Translations under genes and position numbers: made by a program
Shown here: positions 27,571 through 37,426 of the stretch, one piece after another
How the letters are laid out: the number at the start of each line of letters is the position of its first letter
Numbering within the stretch: the stretch's first letter is position 1
Origin: Candidatus Parcubacteria bacterium
Lineage (GTDB): Bacteria; Patescibacteriota; Minisyncoccia; Phycocordibacterales; CAIJYI01
Direction of reading: 5' to 3'
Length of the DNA: 64,000 nt
Assembly: GCA_026395595.1 (NCBI GenBank)
Contig: JAPLYL010000004.1
Coordinates: 8,086-72,085 of the forward strand
The notes under the pieces: generated by a model
What the model saw: the letters and a program-made list of their open reading frames with translations, nothing else
Databases searched by the model: none
What the model was told of the DNA's origin: nothing

Positions 27571-30500
27571 ATGAATACTATTTTTTCCAGAGCGTCAAAG
27601 AACACCCAGAGATTCTTTTTCGCCTTAGCCGCAATGATTTCAGTCGTCGGCGGTTTTTTTGTCGCGAACGCAGTGTTTGCGGTCGCACCTGACGCAACGG
27701 TTTCACCCGTAATGGTGAAAGGAGGAAGCGTTGGAATGATATACTCTTTTGTCCTTACGAATAATTCGGCCGCACCAGTTTATGACATAACGATTACCGC
27801 ACCGATTGGATTTGTTATTACCGATACTCTTGTCTGTCCGACGGGTTGGGCAGTTCAACATTCTGATGCTTCTTCTGTTGAGTGTCTTGGAAATCCGAAT
27901 CCAACAAAAGGATTATTTATAGCGAGTGGGGCACAAGCAATTTTATCTTTTTCTGCGACTGCACCATCGGTTGATTCTGTAAATCCTTGGGCGGTTGAAA
28001 TGGTAGACAATGTATTTGTCTCTCACGTTTTTAATCCCATTACTACTGTTGATGCCTCCGCGCCGGTAACTTCCAATTCTGATATTGATACGGCTTGGCA
28101 TCAAGGAAGTGTTTCTGTCTCTCTTACTCCGACGGATGCCGGAGGTTCAAGCGTTGCCTCCACTTTGTATTGCGTCGGGGCTATTGATTGCATTCCTTCA
28201 GCTTCTTATGGAAGCGAGATCGTTGTGAACACCGATGGACAAAACTATGTTCGCTATTTTTCAACTGACGGCGTGGGGAATGTTGAAACGACAAAAACAG
28301 CTGGGCCTATCAAAATAGATAATACCGCTCCGGTTTCCATTATTACTGTTGGAACTCCGAAATCGGGTAATTTCATTACTTCTGCTACGACTATCTCTCT
28401 TTCTGTAGATGACTCCGCTTCCGGCGTTGTCGGGACGGTATATAGTATTGATGACGCAACCGCGATTCCTTACACAGTGCCTTTCGTTGTAGGAACGACC
28501 GGTCATCACACCATTACCTATAAAAGCATTGATGCAATAGGAAATGAAGAATCTAACAAAACCCTCTCTGTTTTTGTTGATGACACGGCTCCTGTTGTTG
28601 GCGCTATCACTATATCTCATTTTGTTGACGGTTTTATATCAGGAACTTCTGATATCTCTGCTTCCGTAAACGATGCCGATGGTTCTGGTGTTGCGAGTTG
28701 CGAATATACTTTAGACGGAACGAACTGGGTATCCGCTACTCTTGCCGATGGGGTTTGTTCAAAAATCGGAGTTGATACTTCTCTTTCCTCTTTAGTAAAT
28801 GTTCGTGTTACTGATAGCTTGGGAAATCTTGGAACAGGAATAGCTACGGATGTTACTCCTGATACGACGGCTCCTGTTACTACTGATGCCGGTACCGATA
28901 CTTCTTGGCACAATGATAATGTCATCGTTACTTTGACTCCGTCTGATGCCGGTTCAAATATCGCTTCTACTGAATATAAAATAAACGGCGGATCTTGGAC
29001 TCTTTATACCGCGCCGATCATTGTTTCTTCTGAAGGAGAAAATACCATTTCTTATCGCAGTACGGATAAGGTTGGAAATGTTGAGGCAACTAAAACGGCT
29101 GTTAACACCGTAAAGATTGATAAAACGAATCCGACGATTACTGATGATAATGTTTCCGGTTGGAAAGGAACTGATACCACTGTTACACTGGCACCGATTG
29201 ATTCTTTGAGCGGAATTGTCGGCGTAAAGTATTGTGAAGGGATATCTTGCGACCTTTCTGTTGACGGAATCGTCTTGACTGCTCCTTACGAATTGAACTT
29301 TATGACTGACGGAACGAATGTTGTTCATTATCAGACGATGGACAATGCCGGAAATGTTTCGGCTGTGGGAACTTTTACTGTACAGACCGACAAAACGGCG
29401 CCAGCTTCAGCTTCTGTTACTTCAGTAGATCCAATTCATATCGTTTCTTCAATTCATTATGTAAAAGGAATCGTTACTCTTAATGCTTCATCTGTTGACG
29501 CGATGAGTCGTGTTGCGAAAGTTGAGTTTTATCATTCATCTCCTGTTGGAGTAAAAATTGGTGAATCTACTGTCTCCCCATATTCGCTCTCTTGGGATAC
29601 TCACTCTGTTTCTGACGGAGCACACGAAGTATATGTTATTGCTTATGACGTTGCAGGAAACATTCTTGAATCTGCGCACTATCCGATAATGGTAGACAAT
29701 ACCGCGCCGGCATTGGTGTCAAATGATATTACCGGTGGTTTTGCGGTAAATCCGAATGAAATGGCCTTTTCTCCGAATGGTGATATTGTAATGGATGCGG
29801 TTTCCATTGATGCAAAATTTACAGAAGAAGTCGTCTATGCGATAAAAATTAAATCTGGAAGTACTGTCGTTGCAAGCTGGACTGGTACGGCCACGAATCC
29901 GGGAGCTAAACAATGGACGGGAGCAGGAAATCTTGGAGATGGAATTTACACGATTGAAATTACTGCCACAGACCATGCCGGAAATACTTTTACGGATACA
30001 ACCAAAACGATTCTCTTAGATAATACCGCGCCTGCCGTCAATGCGGGTGATGATAAAATTACTAAAACGGATTCTTCTGTTATCGCATCCGCAACTGACG
30101 AAGGCGCAGGAATTGCGACTTACTCATGGTCTGGAACCGGTTTAACTTTTACTCCGAACAATGCGAAAGACACCGTTATTTCAGCGCTGGCTGATAATGG
30201 CGTTTATGCTGCTACTTTGACGGCTACTGATAATGTCGGAAACCATGCAAGCGATACTCTTTCATTTACGAAAGACACAGAAGGTCCGGCAATCAACGGC
30301 TTTTCAAGCCCTGTTGCCGATGCCGTCTACAAGACGAATAATGATCTCTTAACCTTCAATCCTTCTGACTTAGGAACGGCAATTGCTTGTTCTTATAAAA
30401 TCGGAACAGGAGATTTTGTCGTCGTTCCTTGCACGAGCGAACTATCAGTTACTTCTTCTCTTTCCGGTCTCGTTGACGGAAGAAATACTGTTACCGTAAC

Positions 30501-33156
30501 GGTCGCCGACGAAGCGGGAAATACTGTTTCTTCTGAAACTCGTTCTTTTGTGTACGACAACAACAATACTTTGACCGTCGGAGAGACTGCCGATTTTACG
30601 ACGATTCACGAAGCGATCAGTAAGGCGACCGCCGGAGATACTATCAGTATCGCTTCCGGAACATATAGCGAAAGTCTTCTGATTGAGAAAAAATTGAGTT
30701 TGGTTGGAACCGGATTAACAAAACCGATTATTGCAGGATCGGCACCGGCAAATTACATTGTCAAAATTAACGGAACAGCAGCGAACGATTCAGTGATTGA
30801 TAATCTGGAAATTAATGGAGGAACGACGAATACTTTTGACTACGGAATTCTTGTAAATAATTCCGGAAACGCAAGCCATCCGATTGAAATAAAAAATTCT
30901 ATCGTAAAAAATATCTGGAACACGAGCGCAAACGGCATTGGAGCTGAAAGCTCAAGCTATGTTTTGGTACACAATAACTCCATTTCCTCATTCCATAAAC
31001 GCGGAATTCGTTTCATTGATTCTTCAGGAAAATTCTATGGAAATGATGTTAAAGGCGATAGTGTAGACGGAACGACTCGCGTGCAAAATCTTGTTACTCT
31101 CTGGGGTGGTTCAAATGTAGAAATTTATAACAACACCTTGCATGATGCGAAGAGTTTTGGGGGAACGCAAACATGGGATTCACCGGCAGTATTCGTTAGC
31201 TCTTACGGTGGAAATGGAGCTTCTTATGCCAACATTCATGACAATGAAATTTATAACGGTGACACCGGTATCGTTGTAAGTTCTGTTTATTCTACCGTAG
31301 ACACTTCTTCTGCCGACGTAACAAACAATAATCTTCATGATTTAAACGTTGCGATAAATTTTGAAAAAAATACGGCTTTAGCGACTATCCACAATAATAA
31401 ATTTGTAAATAACGTAAAAAACTTAGATGCAAATGATGTTATTGGTCCGGTGACAAATGCAGAAGCCAACTGGTGGGGATTTTCAACTGGCCCGGCAACA
31501 GAAAGCGTATTTTCCAATGTTGATTATCGCCCGTGGTTCTTAACTGCCGATCTTTCTAACTTGGACATCATTGCTCCGACCGTTACTCTTTCTTCAACCA
31601 TAACTTCTCCGACGAATGTTTCGCCAATCGTCGTGTCTGTCGCTTTCGGCGAACAAGTAACTGGATTTACCGCTGAGGATATTTCCGTGACAAACGGAAC
31701 CATCAGCGAGGTGACCGACTCAGGATTCAATGTAACCCCGGATTCTAATGAAACGGTTACAGTAGATATTGCAAAAGACACGGTTCAGGATCTTTCCGGA
31801 AATTACAATACTGCTTCAAATGTTTTGAGTTTCGTTTATGATAATGTTAATCCGACGGCTACGGTTGCGTACTCACCTGATACACTGACCAATCAAGATG
31901 TTGTTGCGACTATGACCGCTAATGAGCCGGTCACGGTAAACAGCGAAGGAGGTTCAACTCACACTTTTACTTCTAATGGCGAATTCACTTTTAACTTTAC
32001 GGATGCTGCCGGAAATAACGGAACGGCTCTTGCGACGGTATCAAATATAGATAAGACCGCGCCCGCAGAAGTTACTCTCTCTGGAAAACCTGCTTCTCTC
32101 ACGAATGTTACGACGGCTGATATTATCGTAGGAGGAACTGATGTTGTTGCTTATAAATACAAAATGGATGGGGCCACTGATTATGGAGCCGAATCTGTTG
32201 TCTCAAATCATTTAACCCTCTCGAGTCTATCCGACGGTTCTCGTACACTCTCTGTTATTGGACGAGATGAAGCGGGAAACTGGAAAGCTGAAGCAACGGT
32301 ATATTCTTGGACGATTGAAACCGTTGTTCCTACTGTCACCACTCATACCCCGACGGTAAATGCCGTTGGTGTTGATCCGAGCACAGACATCGTTGTCGCT
32401 TTCAGCGAGGCAGTAAATCTTGACACAACGAAACTGACACTGAAAAAAGGAGGCGATGCTGTTGCTACTACGGTTACTTTTGACATCACCGGAAAAGTAG
32501 CGACGATTCATCCGACCACCATTCTTGCCAGCAATTCTCTTTATGAAGTAGTCTTACTCTCAACTATTGCCGACACTGCGGGAAATACGCTCGCCCAGAC
32601 TTCTTGGTCGTTCACTACGGCTGTTAGCTACTCCATTCCTCTCACGAAAGGTTGGAACTTGGTTTCTCTTCCTGTTGTTCCGGTAAGTACCTCAATTGAT
32701 TCTGTCTTGGGAGCAGCAAAAACAAACATTGAAACGGTTTGGGCGTACGATGCTCTTGCTGATAAGTGGTCTGTCTATCATGGAGACAATAACGGAACAA
32801 GTGACCTTACTAACATGACGGCCGGTTATGGATATTGGGTCAACTACACCAATGATGCTTCCAGTAACTTGATCGGTTCCGGAAATCTCATGCAGGAAGG
32901 GAATAGTGTACCTCCGTCAAGAAAATTAGCGGAAGGCTGGAACTTGATCGGATACTATCAGAGACCGAATACTACGAGCGTTAGCGCGACAAATGCGCTT
33001 CACAATAATTTGGACGGTATCTGGACATTGTTATTCGGATATGATAATACCAATAAACATATAACGACTTTGAGCGGTACTGATACGGTGTCTCCAGGCC
33101 AAGCATTCTGGGTCTGGTTGAATAGCGCTCGTTCCTACACGATGGGAAATATCTAA
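27571..33156 (+). CDS. 1861-aa secreted surface protein/adhesin (Ig-like repeats, beta-helix, duplicated GWNL C-terminal domain)
   Basis: Signal peptide; repeated D.TAP...D..GN Ig-like units; FSPNGD; AGDTI.I..GTY beta-helix start and NWWG; GWNLVSLP/GWNLIG. Confidence 0.85.
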   Translation: MNTIFSRASKNTQRFFFALAAMISVVGGFFVANAVFAVAPDATVSPVMVKGGSVGMIYSFVLTNNSAAPVYDITITAPIGFVITDTLVCPTGWAVQHSDASSVECLGNPNPTKGLFIASGAQAILSFSATAPSVDSVNPWAVEMVDNVFVSHVFNPITTVDASAPVTSNSDIDTAWHQGSVSVSLTPTDAGGSSVASTLYCVGAIDCIPSASYGSEIVVNTDGQNYVRYFSTDGVGNVETTKTAGPIKIDNTAPVSIITVGTPKSGNFITSATTISLSVDDSASGVVGTVYSIDDATAIPYTVPFVVGTTGHHTITYKSIDAIGNEESNKTLSVFVDDTAPVVGAITISHFVDGFISGTSDISASVNDADGSGVASCEYTLDGTNWVSATLADGVCSKIGVDTSLSSLVNVRVTDSLGNLGTGIATDVTPDTTAPVTTDAGTDTSWHNDNVIVTLTPSDAGSNIASTEYKINGGSWTLYTAPIIVSSEGENTISYRSTDKVGNVEATKTAVNTVKIDKTNPTITDDNVSGWKGTDTTVTLAPIDSLSGIVGVKYCEGISCDLSVDGIVLTAPYELNFMTDGTNVVHYQTMDNAGNVSAVGTFTVQTDKTAPASASVTSVDPIHIVSSIHYVKGIVTLNASSVDAMSRVAKVEFYHSSPVGVKIGESTVSPYSLSWDTHSVSDGAHEVYVIAYDVAGNILESAHYPIMVDNTAPALVSNDITGGFAVNPNEMAFSPNGDIVMDAVSIDAKFTEEVVYAIKIKSGSTVVASWTGTATNPGAKQWTGAGNLGDGIYTIEITATDHAGNTFTDTTKTILLDNTAPAVNAGDDKITKTDSSVIASATDEGAGIATYSWSGTGLTFTPNNAKDTVISALADNGVYAATLTATDNVGNHASDTLSFTKDTEGPAINGFSSPVADAVYKTNNDLLTFNPSDLGTAIACSYKIGTGDFVVVPCTSELSVTSSLSGLVDGRNTVTVTVADEAGNTVSSETRSFVYDNNNTLTVGETADFTTIHEAISKATAGDTISIASGTYSESLLIEKKLSLVGTGLTKPIIAGSAPANYIVKINGTAANDSVIDNLEINGGTTNTFDYGILVNNSGNASHPIEIKNSIVKNIWNTSANGIGAESSSYVLVHNNSISSFHKRGIRFIDSSGKFYGNDVKGDSVDGTTRVQNLVTLWGGSNVEIYNNTLHDAKSFGGTQTWDSPAVFVSSYGGNGASYANIHDNEIYNGDTGIVVSSVYSTVDTSSADVTNNNLHDLNVAINFEKNTALATIHNNKFVNNVKNLDANDVIGPVTNAEANWWGFSTGPATESVFSNVDYRPWFLTADLSNLDIIAPTVTLSSTITSPTNVSPIVVSVAFGEQVTGFTAEDISVTNGTISEVTDSGFNVTPDSNETVTVDIAKDTVQDLSGNYNTASNVLSFVYDNVNPTATVAYSPDTLTNQDVVATMTANEPVTVNSEGGSTHTFTSNGEFTFNFTDAAGNNGTALATVSNIDKTAPAEVTLSGKPASLTNVTTADIIVGGTDVVAYKYKMDGATDYGAESVVSNHLTLSSLSDGSRTLSVIGRDEAGNWKAEATVYSWTIETVVPTVTTHTPTVNAVGVDPSTDIVVAFSEAVNLDTTKLTLKKGGDAVATTVTFDITGKVATIHPTTILASNSLYEVVLLSTIADTAGNTLAQTSWSFTTAVSYSIPLTKGWNLVSLPVVPVSTSIDSVLGAAKTNIETVWAYDALADKWSVYHGDNNGTSDLTNMTAGYGYWVNYTNDASSNLIGSGNLMQEGNSVPPSRKLAEGWNLIGYYQRPNTTSVSATNALHNNLDGIWTLLFGYDNTNKHITTLSGTDTVSPGQAFWVWLNSARSYTMGNI

Positions 33157-33188
33157 ATGGTTGATTCGTCATTGAGTAAAAAATAATT

Positions 33189-34193
33189 ATGAAACGGTAT
33201 ATTTTCACTTTTGCGTTTTCTCTCGCTTTTCTCGCTCCGACTTTGGCGTGGGCTCAGCCGGGAATTCCGCATCAGTTTTATGGGACGATAGAATTCGCAA
33301 ACGGGCCGACGCCCGCCGGCCTTACGGTTGAGGTAAAAGTCGGCGGGGCAACCGTCGGAACAGCGACGACGGGGTCGGGAAAGTACGGGTACAATCCAAG
33401 CCTTCTCTTTGCGGAAAAACTGGAAGGAGAATGGTCTGGAGAAACGGCGGAGTTTTATGTCGGCGGAACGAAAGCCATCACGGCATCTCCGGTAACTCTT
33501 TCGCGAGGCGGTTATACCAGATTGGATTTGAACGTTTTGAAATCGGTTGGGTCCATCACTAAAACCGAAAGCGACGTAATTACTGATCAGCAAACTTCTA
33601 TTACCGCTTCGTCTCCAACCATTATCAATATGGGAAGTTCTCTCAACGTACAAGTCTCTTCCGATACCAGCACGACGGCGACCATTTCCAAAGTTGAAAA
33701 ATTGAACTCTGATTTTTTCACCGGAAACACAGCGATACTTTCAGGGCAAAATCTTTTGAACGCCTATGAAATTAAAATCAATGGTACCGGACTTTCTATT
33801 TCAGTAATGATGAAGTACGATGACACCGGTATTGATGAAAGCACCGTGAAGCCATACAAATACAACGGAACGGAATGGATAGCTATAACGCCATTCACGA
33901 GAGACACGACGGCGAATACTTTGACCTTCTCCATGCTGGCTGCAAATACTCCGTATGTTTTGTTCGGACAAAAAACGCCGATACAAAGTAGCGGTGGCGG
34001 CGGAGGCAGTTCAAATCCTGTTGTTGTAACCGTTGGTGATATGAACGGCGATGCCAAGGTCAACAAATATGACTTTGCTCTTATGATGTCAAACTGGGGG
34101 AAAACCGGGACGAATGTTGCTGACTTGAACAATGATAATGTGGTCAATAAATACGACTTTGCGCTCTTGATGGCGCGTTGGTCAACCTCATAA
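33189..34193 (+). CDS. Secreted protein with C-terminal dockerin-like (paired EF-hand) domain
   Basis: Signal peptide; PHQFYG domain; SGGGGGSS linker; GDMNGDAKVNKYDFALM / ADLNNDNVVNKYDFALL duplication. Confidence 0.8.
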   Translation: MKRYIFTFAFSLAFLAPTLAWAQPGIPHQFYGTIEFANGPTPAGLTVEVKVGGATVGTATTGSGKYGYNPSLLFAEKLEGEWSGETAEFYVGGTKAITASPVTLSRGGYTRLDLNVLKSVGSITKTESDVITDQQTSITASSPTIINMGSSLNVQVSSDTSTTATISKVEKLNSDFFTGNTAILSGQNLLNAYEIKINGTGLSISVMMKYDDTGIDESTVKPYKYNGTEWIAITPFTRDTTANTLTFSMLAANTPYVLFGQKTPIQSSGGGGGSSNPVVVTVGDMNGDAKVNKYDFALMMSNWGKTGTNVADLNNDNVVNKYDFALLMARWSTS

Positions 34194-34200
34194 AACTGAT

Positions 34201-34905
34201 ATGAAAAAATATACAAAAATAATTTTTGCCGGCATAGCGATATTCGCTTTTACAGCGACGATGGCCGGCGCGGCGAGCGTTACGGTATCTCCGGCATCGC
34301 TTGCTAAAAAAGTCGGCGACTCGTTCACTGTTTCTGTCGGTGTTTCCACTGGCGGAAGCAAGGTGTGCGTCGTTGAAGGAAAAGTTAATCTTGATAAACT
34401 TTCCTGCACGGATATTACCGTTGCGGACGGATTGATTGCTCAAACGACCCCGACCTGCGCGAAGCCCTCGTTTTCTATCGGAATCCCCGGTTGTACTACC
34501 GCCAGTAAAAATCTTTTCTCCGTGTCGGTAAAAGCGCCGACTGTGGGAACCGCGACCCTCGGATTTACCGGAGTTGATGTCGTCGGAGAAGGAATTTCTT
34601 TGGGAGGTTCTGCTGGAACTGGTGAGTATATCATTACCGGAAATACGGAAACCACCGTTACGCCGACCGCTACGGTGACGCCGAAACCTGCTACGGGAAC
34701 AACGATAAAGCCGACCGTAACCGCTCCGACAACAGAAACGGAGAAAACGGTTACTGAGCCGATGGTTACCGTCACAACCCCCGCGTCTGACAATAATCTC
34801 GCCGCAGCAGGTTCCGCTACTCGCGGAGTGCCTCTGCCGATAGCGATAGGAATCGGCATAGCCGCCCTCGCTCTCGGATACTTCACGGCAAGAAAAATGA
34901 AATAA
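34201..34905 (+). CDS. Cohesin-like domain + Thr/Pro-rich stalk + C-terminal TM anchor
   Basis: VSP....KVGDSFTVSV..S.....V.G.V beta-sandwich start; T/P-rich linker; hydrophobic helix followed by RKMK. Confidence 0.65.
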   Translation: MKKYTKIIFAGIAIFAFTATMAGAASVTVSPASLAKKVGDSFTVSVGVSTGGSKVCVVEGKVNLDKLSCTDITVADGLIAQTTPTCAKPSFSIGIPGCTTASKNLFSVSVKAPTVGTATLGFTGVDVVGEGISLGGSAGTGEYIITGNTETTVTPTATVTPKPATGTTIKPTVTAPTTETEKTVTEPMVTVTTPASDNNLAAAGSATRGVPLPIAIGIGIAALALGYFTARKMK

Positions 34906-34919
34906 GATTATACACAACA

Positions 34920-34958
34920 AAAAAACCACTTGGCGGTGAAACCGCCAAGTGGTTTTTT
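34920..34958. repeat. REP-like hairpin / terminator, copy 2
   Basis: Same 25-bp core as 24174-24198. Confidence 0.85.
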
Positions 34959-35006
34959 TGTTGTGCCTTGAAACTTTCTGTTGTGAGTGTTTTAATTAAA
35001 GTACTT

Positions 35007-36695
35007 ATGAAGCAACTTTTGTTCATCATCTCGTTGTTTTCTTTTTCTTACTTTTTTCTTGGCGCCTCCGCGGTTCAATCGGCAAGTCTTGAATACTCCA
35101 CTTTTATCTCCACCGACCCTGTTTCCAATTCTTTTGTTATTCGCTACGGCGGTTTGGAAGAAAAAGACAAACATTATTATTCTTGTTCCATACAGAATTT
35201 ATTTTGCGCTGCGACGAGTACTCCGAGTGAAAGCGTTTCTTCTTCCGGAAATTATTACAATGTCATAAAAGATACCGAACGCGTTATTTTTCGCGGGCAT
35301 TCGCTGGATGGAAAATTCGTCTATTACTATCAGTACGCCGATACGAAACACCCATATCGCTGGTATGTGGTAATCAATACGGAAAAGGGAAAGACTTATG
35401 CAAAAAAAACAGCGGTTCCTTTTCTTGATCTCATGACCGAACAAAATCGCTTGTTCAGCATATCTCCCGATAGCGAAACGCTTTTCTACATAGATGACCG
35501 CGAGGGAACGCCGGCAATTTATCGCGTACCTCTCGCAAACATGACTAAGAGTTCCATGATTGGGGAGCGAATTACAAAAAGCGCGTATACGGTCGCGGAT
35601 TTCATTGCGTATGACAAAAACACGGTGTATTTTATCGCTAACCGAAAAGATCCGCTCACTTGGTCGCTCTATCGCTACGACACGATAGCGGATACTCTTC
35701 AGTTAATCGCTGATAATGTTTCCTATTCAGACCCGATAAAAAAGGTTGGGGGCAATATCGTTTTTCTTCAAATGAAAGGGAATGCCGTTGTTCCTGTTGT
35801 GTATGATTCGACAAAAAATACGCTGGGATATTTTCTCTTGCCCCAGACACCGGGAATTTCCAGCATAAATAATTCATACAAAGTTGTGCGATACGGAAAT
35901 CTTTCGGGGACTATTTTGTATCCAAAAGCGGATACGGATAATGCAAAAGTTCCGCGGCCGATGATTGTCTGGCTTCATGGCGGGCCATACAGGCAAAGCA
36001 GTCTGACGATTCATTCGTTTTTTTCGTATGGCGTGTATGACTGGATTCTCAATGAGGCGCGCGGTAATGGCGCGGTAGTGCTCAAATTGGATTACAGCGG
36101 AAGTTATGGGTACGGCAGTGATTTTATTTCGGCCCTTAAAGGAAACATCGGCAAGCAAGATGTGAAAGACGTCGTATTCGCTTTAGGGAAAGCAAAAGAA
36201 GACGCATCAAAAGATTTTTCCATTTCCGGGGTGTATCTGGTGGGTAACAGCTATGGCGGATATCTCGCCGTTCGCAGTTTAACGGCCTATCCGGAAAAGT
36301 TCGTGGGCGCATTTTCCATCAACGGCGTTATGGATTGGACGACGCTTTTGGAAGATCTGAAAACTTCGCTTTTCAATATCTATTTTGGTGGAACGCCGAA
36401 TAGGAAAAATCAAAACTTGTTTGATAAGGCTGATATGCTCGGACGGTACACTTCGGTTTTACCGGGGCAGAAAATAACGCTCGTTCAGGCGGAAAAAGAT
36501 AACACTATCAATCCCGCGCAAGCGGATATCCTCAAGTATTCATGGAAACCGAACGGTGTGGAAGTGAACGTTATTTCCGTCCCCGAAGAGGATCATGTTT
36601 TTCATAAAAACAGTTCTATTACGAACATCTGCGGTTCTCTTTTGAGTTTTATGAACATGACCGCCACCTCCGAGGAAAGATGCATCTTTCACTAA
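35007..36695 (+). CDS. Secreted S9 (prolyl oligopeptidase-like) serine peptidase
   Basis: Signal peptide, propeller-like N-region, WLHGGP, GNSYGG, EKD, EDH. Confidence 0.85.
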   Translation: MKQLLFIISLFSFSYFFLGASAVQSASLEYSTFISTDPVSNSFVIRYGGLEEKDKHYYSCSIQNLFCAATSTPSESVSSSGNYYNVIKDTERVIFRGHSLDGKFVYYYQYADTKHPYRWYVVINTEKGKTYAKKTAVPFLDLMTEQNRLFSISPDSETLFYIDDREGTPAIYRVPLANMTKSSMIGERITKSAYTVADFIAYDKNTVYFIANRKDPLTWSLYRYDTIADTLQLIADNVSYSDPIKKVGGNIVFLQMKGNAVVPVVYDSTKNTLGYFLLPQTPGISSINNSYKVVRYGNLSGTILYPKADTDNAKVPRPMIVWLHGGPYRQSSLTIHSFFSYGVYDWILNEARGNGAVVLKLDYSGSYGYGSDFISALKGNIGKQDVKDVVFALGKAKEDASKDFSISGVYLVGNSYGGYLAVRSLTAYPEKFVGAFSINGVMDWTTLLEDLKTSLFNIYFGGTPNRKNQNLFDKADMLGRYTSVLPGQKITLVQAEKDNTINPAQADILKYSWKPNGVEVNVISVPEEDHVFHKNSSITNICGSLLSFMNMTATSEERCIFH

Positions 36696-36753
36696 TTTAC
36701 CAAGGGCATCCCTATGTATATGTCGACATATACATAGGGATGCCCTTGGTAAA
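36696..36753. repeat. Perfect 58-bp loopless palindrome
   Basis: TTTACCAAGGGCATCCCTATGTATATGTC|GACATATACATAGGGATGCCCTTGGTAAA. Confidence 0.95.
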
Positions 36754-36754
36754 A

Positions 36755-37375
36755 TTATCGGCGGCTCGCGAGAGCGTCTTTGAGGGTTTCTTTGTCGGAG
36801 TATTCCAACTCTGTGCCGGTGGAAAGTCCTCTTCCTAAGGAGGTGATGGAAAGGGAGTATTTTTCGGCGAGCGGTTCAAGAATTTTTAATAAATAGATGG
36901 CGGTGTTTTCGCCCTCGCTGTTGGCGTTCATAGCGAGCACTACTTCGCGGAGACCGTTGTTCTTGGCTCGGTCTTGAATCGTATAAAAAAGTTCTTTGGC
37001 TCGTATTTTTTTTGCGGGTTCTTTTTCCAGTATGGGTATCGCTCCGCCAAGAATGAAATAAAAGCCGTTCCATATTCCCGCTTTATACATATTTTCCAGA
37101 TCCACATCTTTTTCTATGACCATAAGCATGGCTTTGTCGCGGTCATCTTCATTACAAACAGAACAGATTTTTTCTTCTCCTCCGGACTTTTGGAAATAGC
37201 GGAAACAGGAAGAACATTGATCCACCTCTTCGTTGAGTCGCGCGAGAGTTGCCGAAAGTTCATTACGAAATTCGGCATCTTTTGACAGCAAAAAATACAC
37301 GAAGCGTTTGGCTTGTCGCGGGCCGATACCGGGGAACTTTGAAAAAAGTTCAATGAGTTGGGAAATGGGGTTCAT
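36755..37375 (-). CDS. recR: Recombination mediator RecR
   Basis: PGIGPRQAKR HhH, C4 zinc finger, Toprim EGENTA, ELEY.D. Confidence 0.93.
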   Translation of the reverse strand: MNPISQLIELFSKFPGIGPRQAKRFVYFLLSKDAEFRNELSATLARLNEEVDQCSSCFRYFQKSGGEEKICSVCNEDDRDKAMLMVIEKDVDLENMYKAGIWNGFYFILGGAIPILEKEPAKKIRAKELFYTIQDRAKNNGLREVVLAMNANSEGENTAIYLLKILEPLAEKYSLSITSLGRGLSTGTELEYSDKETLKDALASRR

Positions 37376-37426
37376 GTTGGTAAAGAATAAAGGAAAAAGC
37401 AAAAAGGAGGACGGAACTACTTTAAT

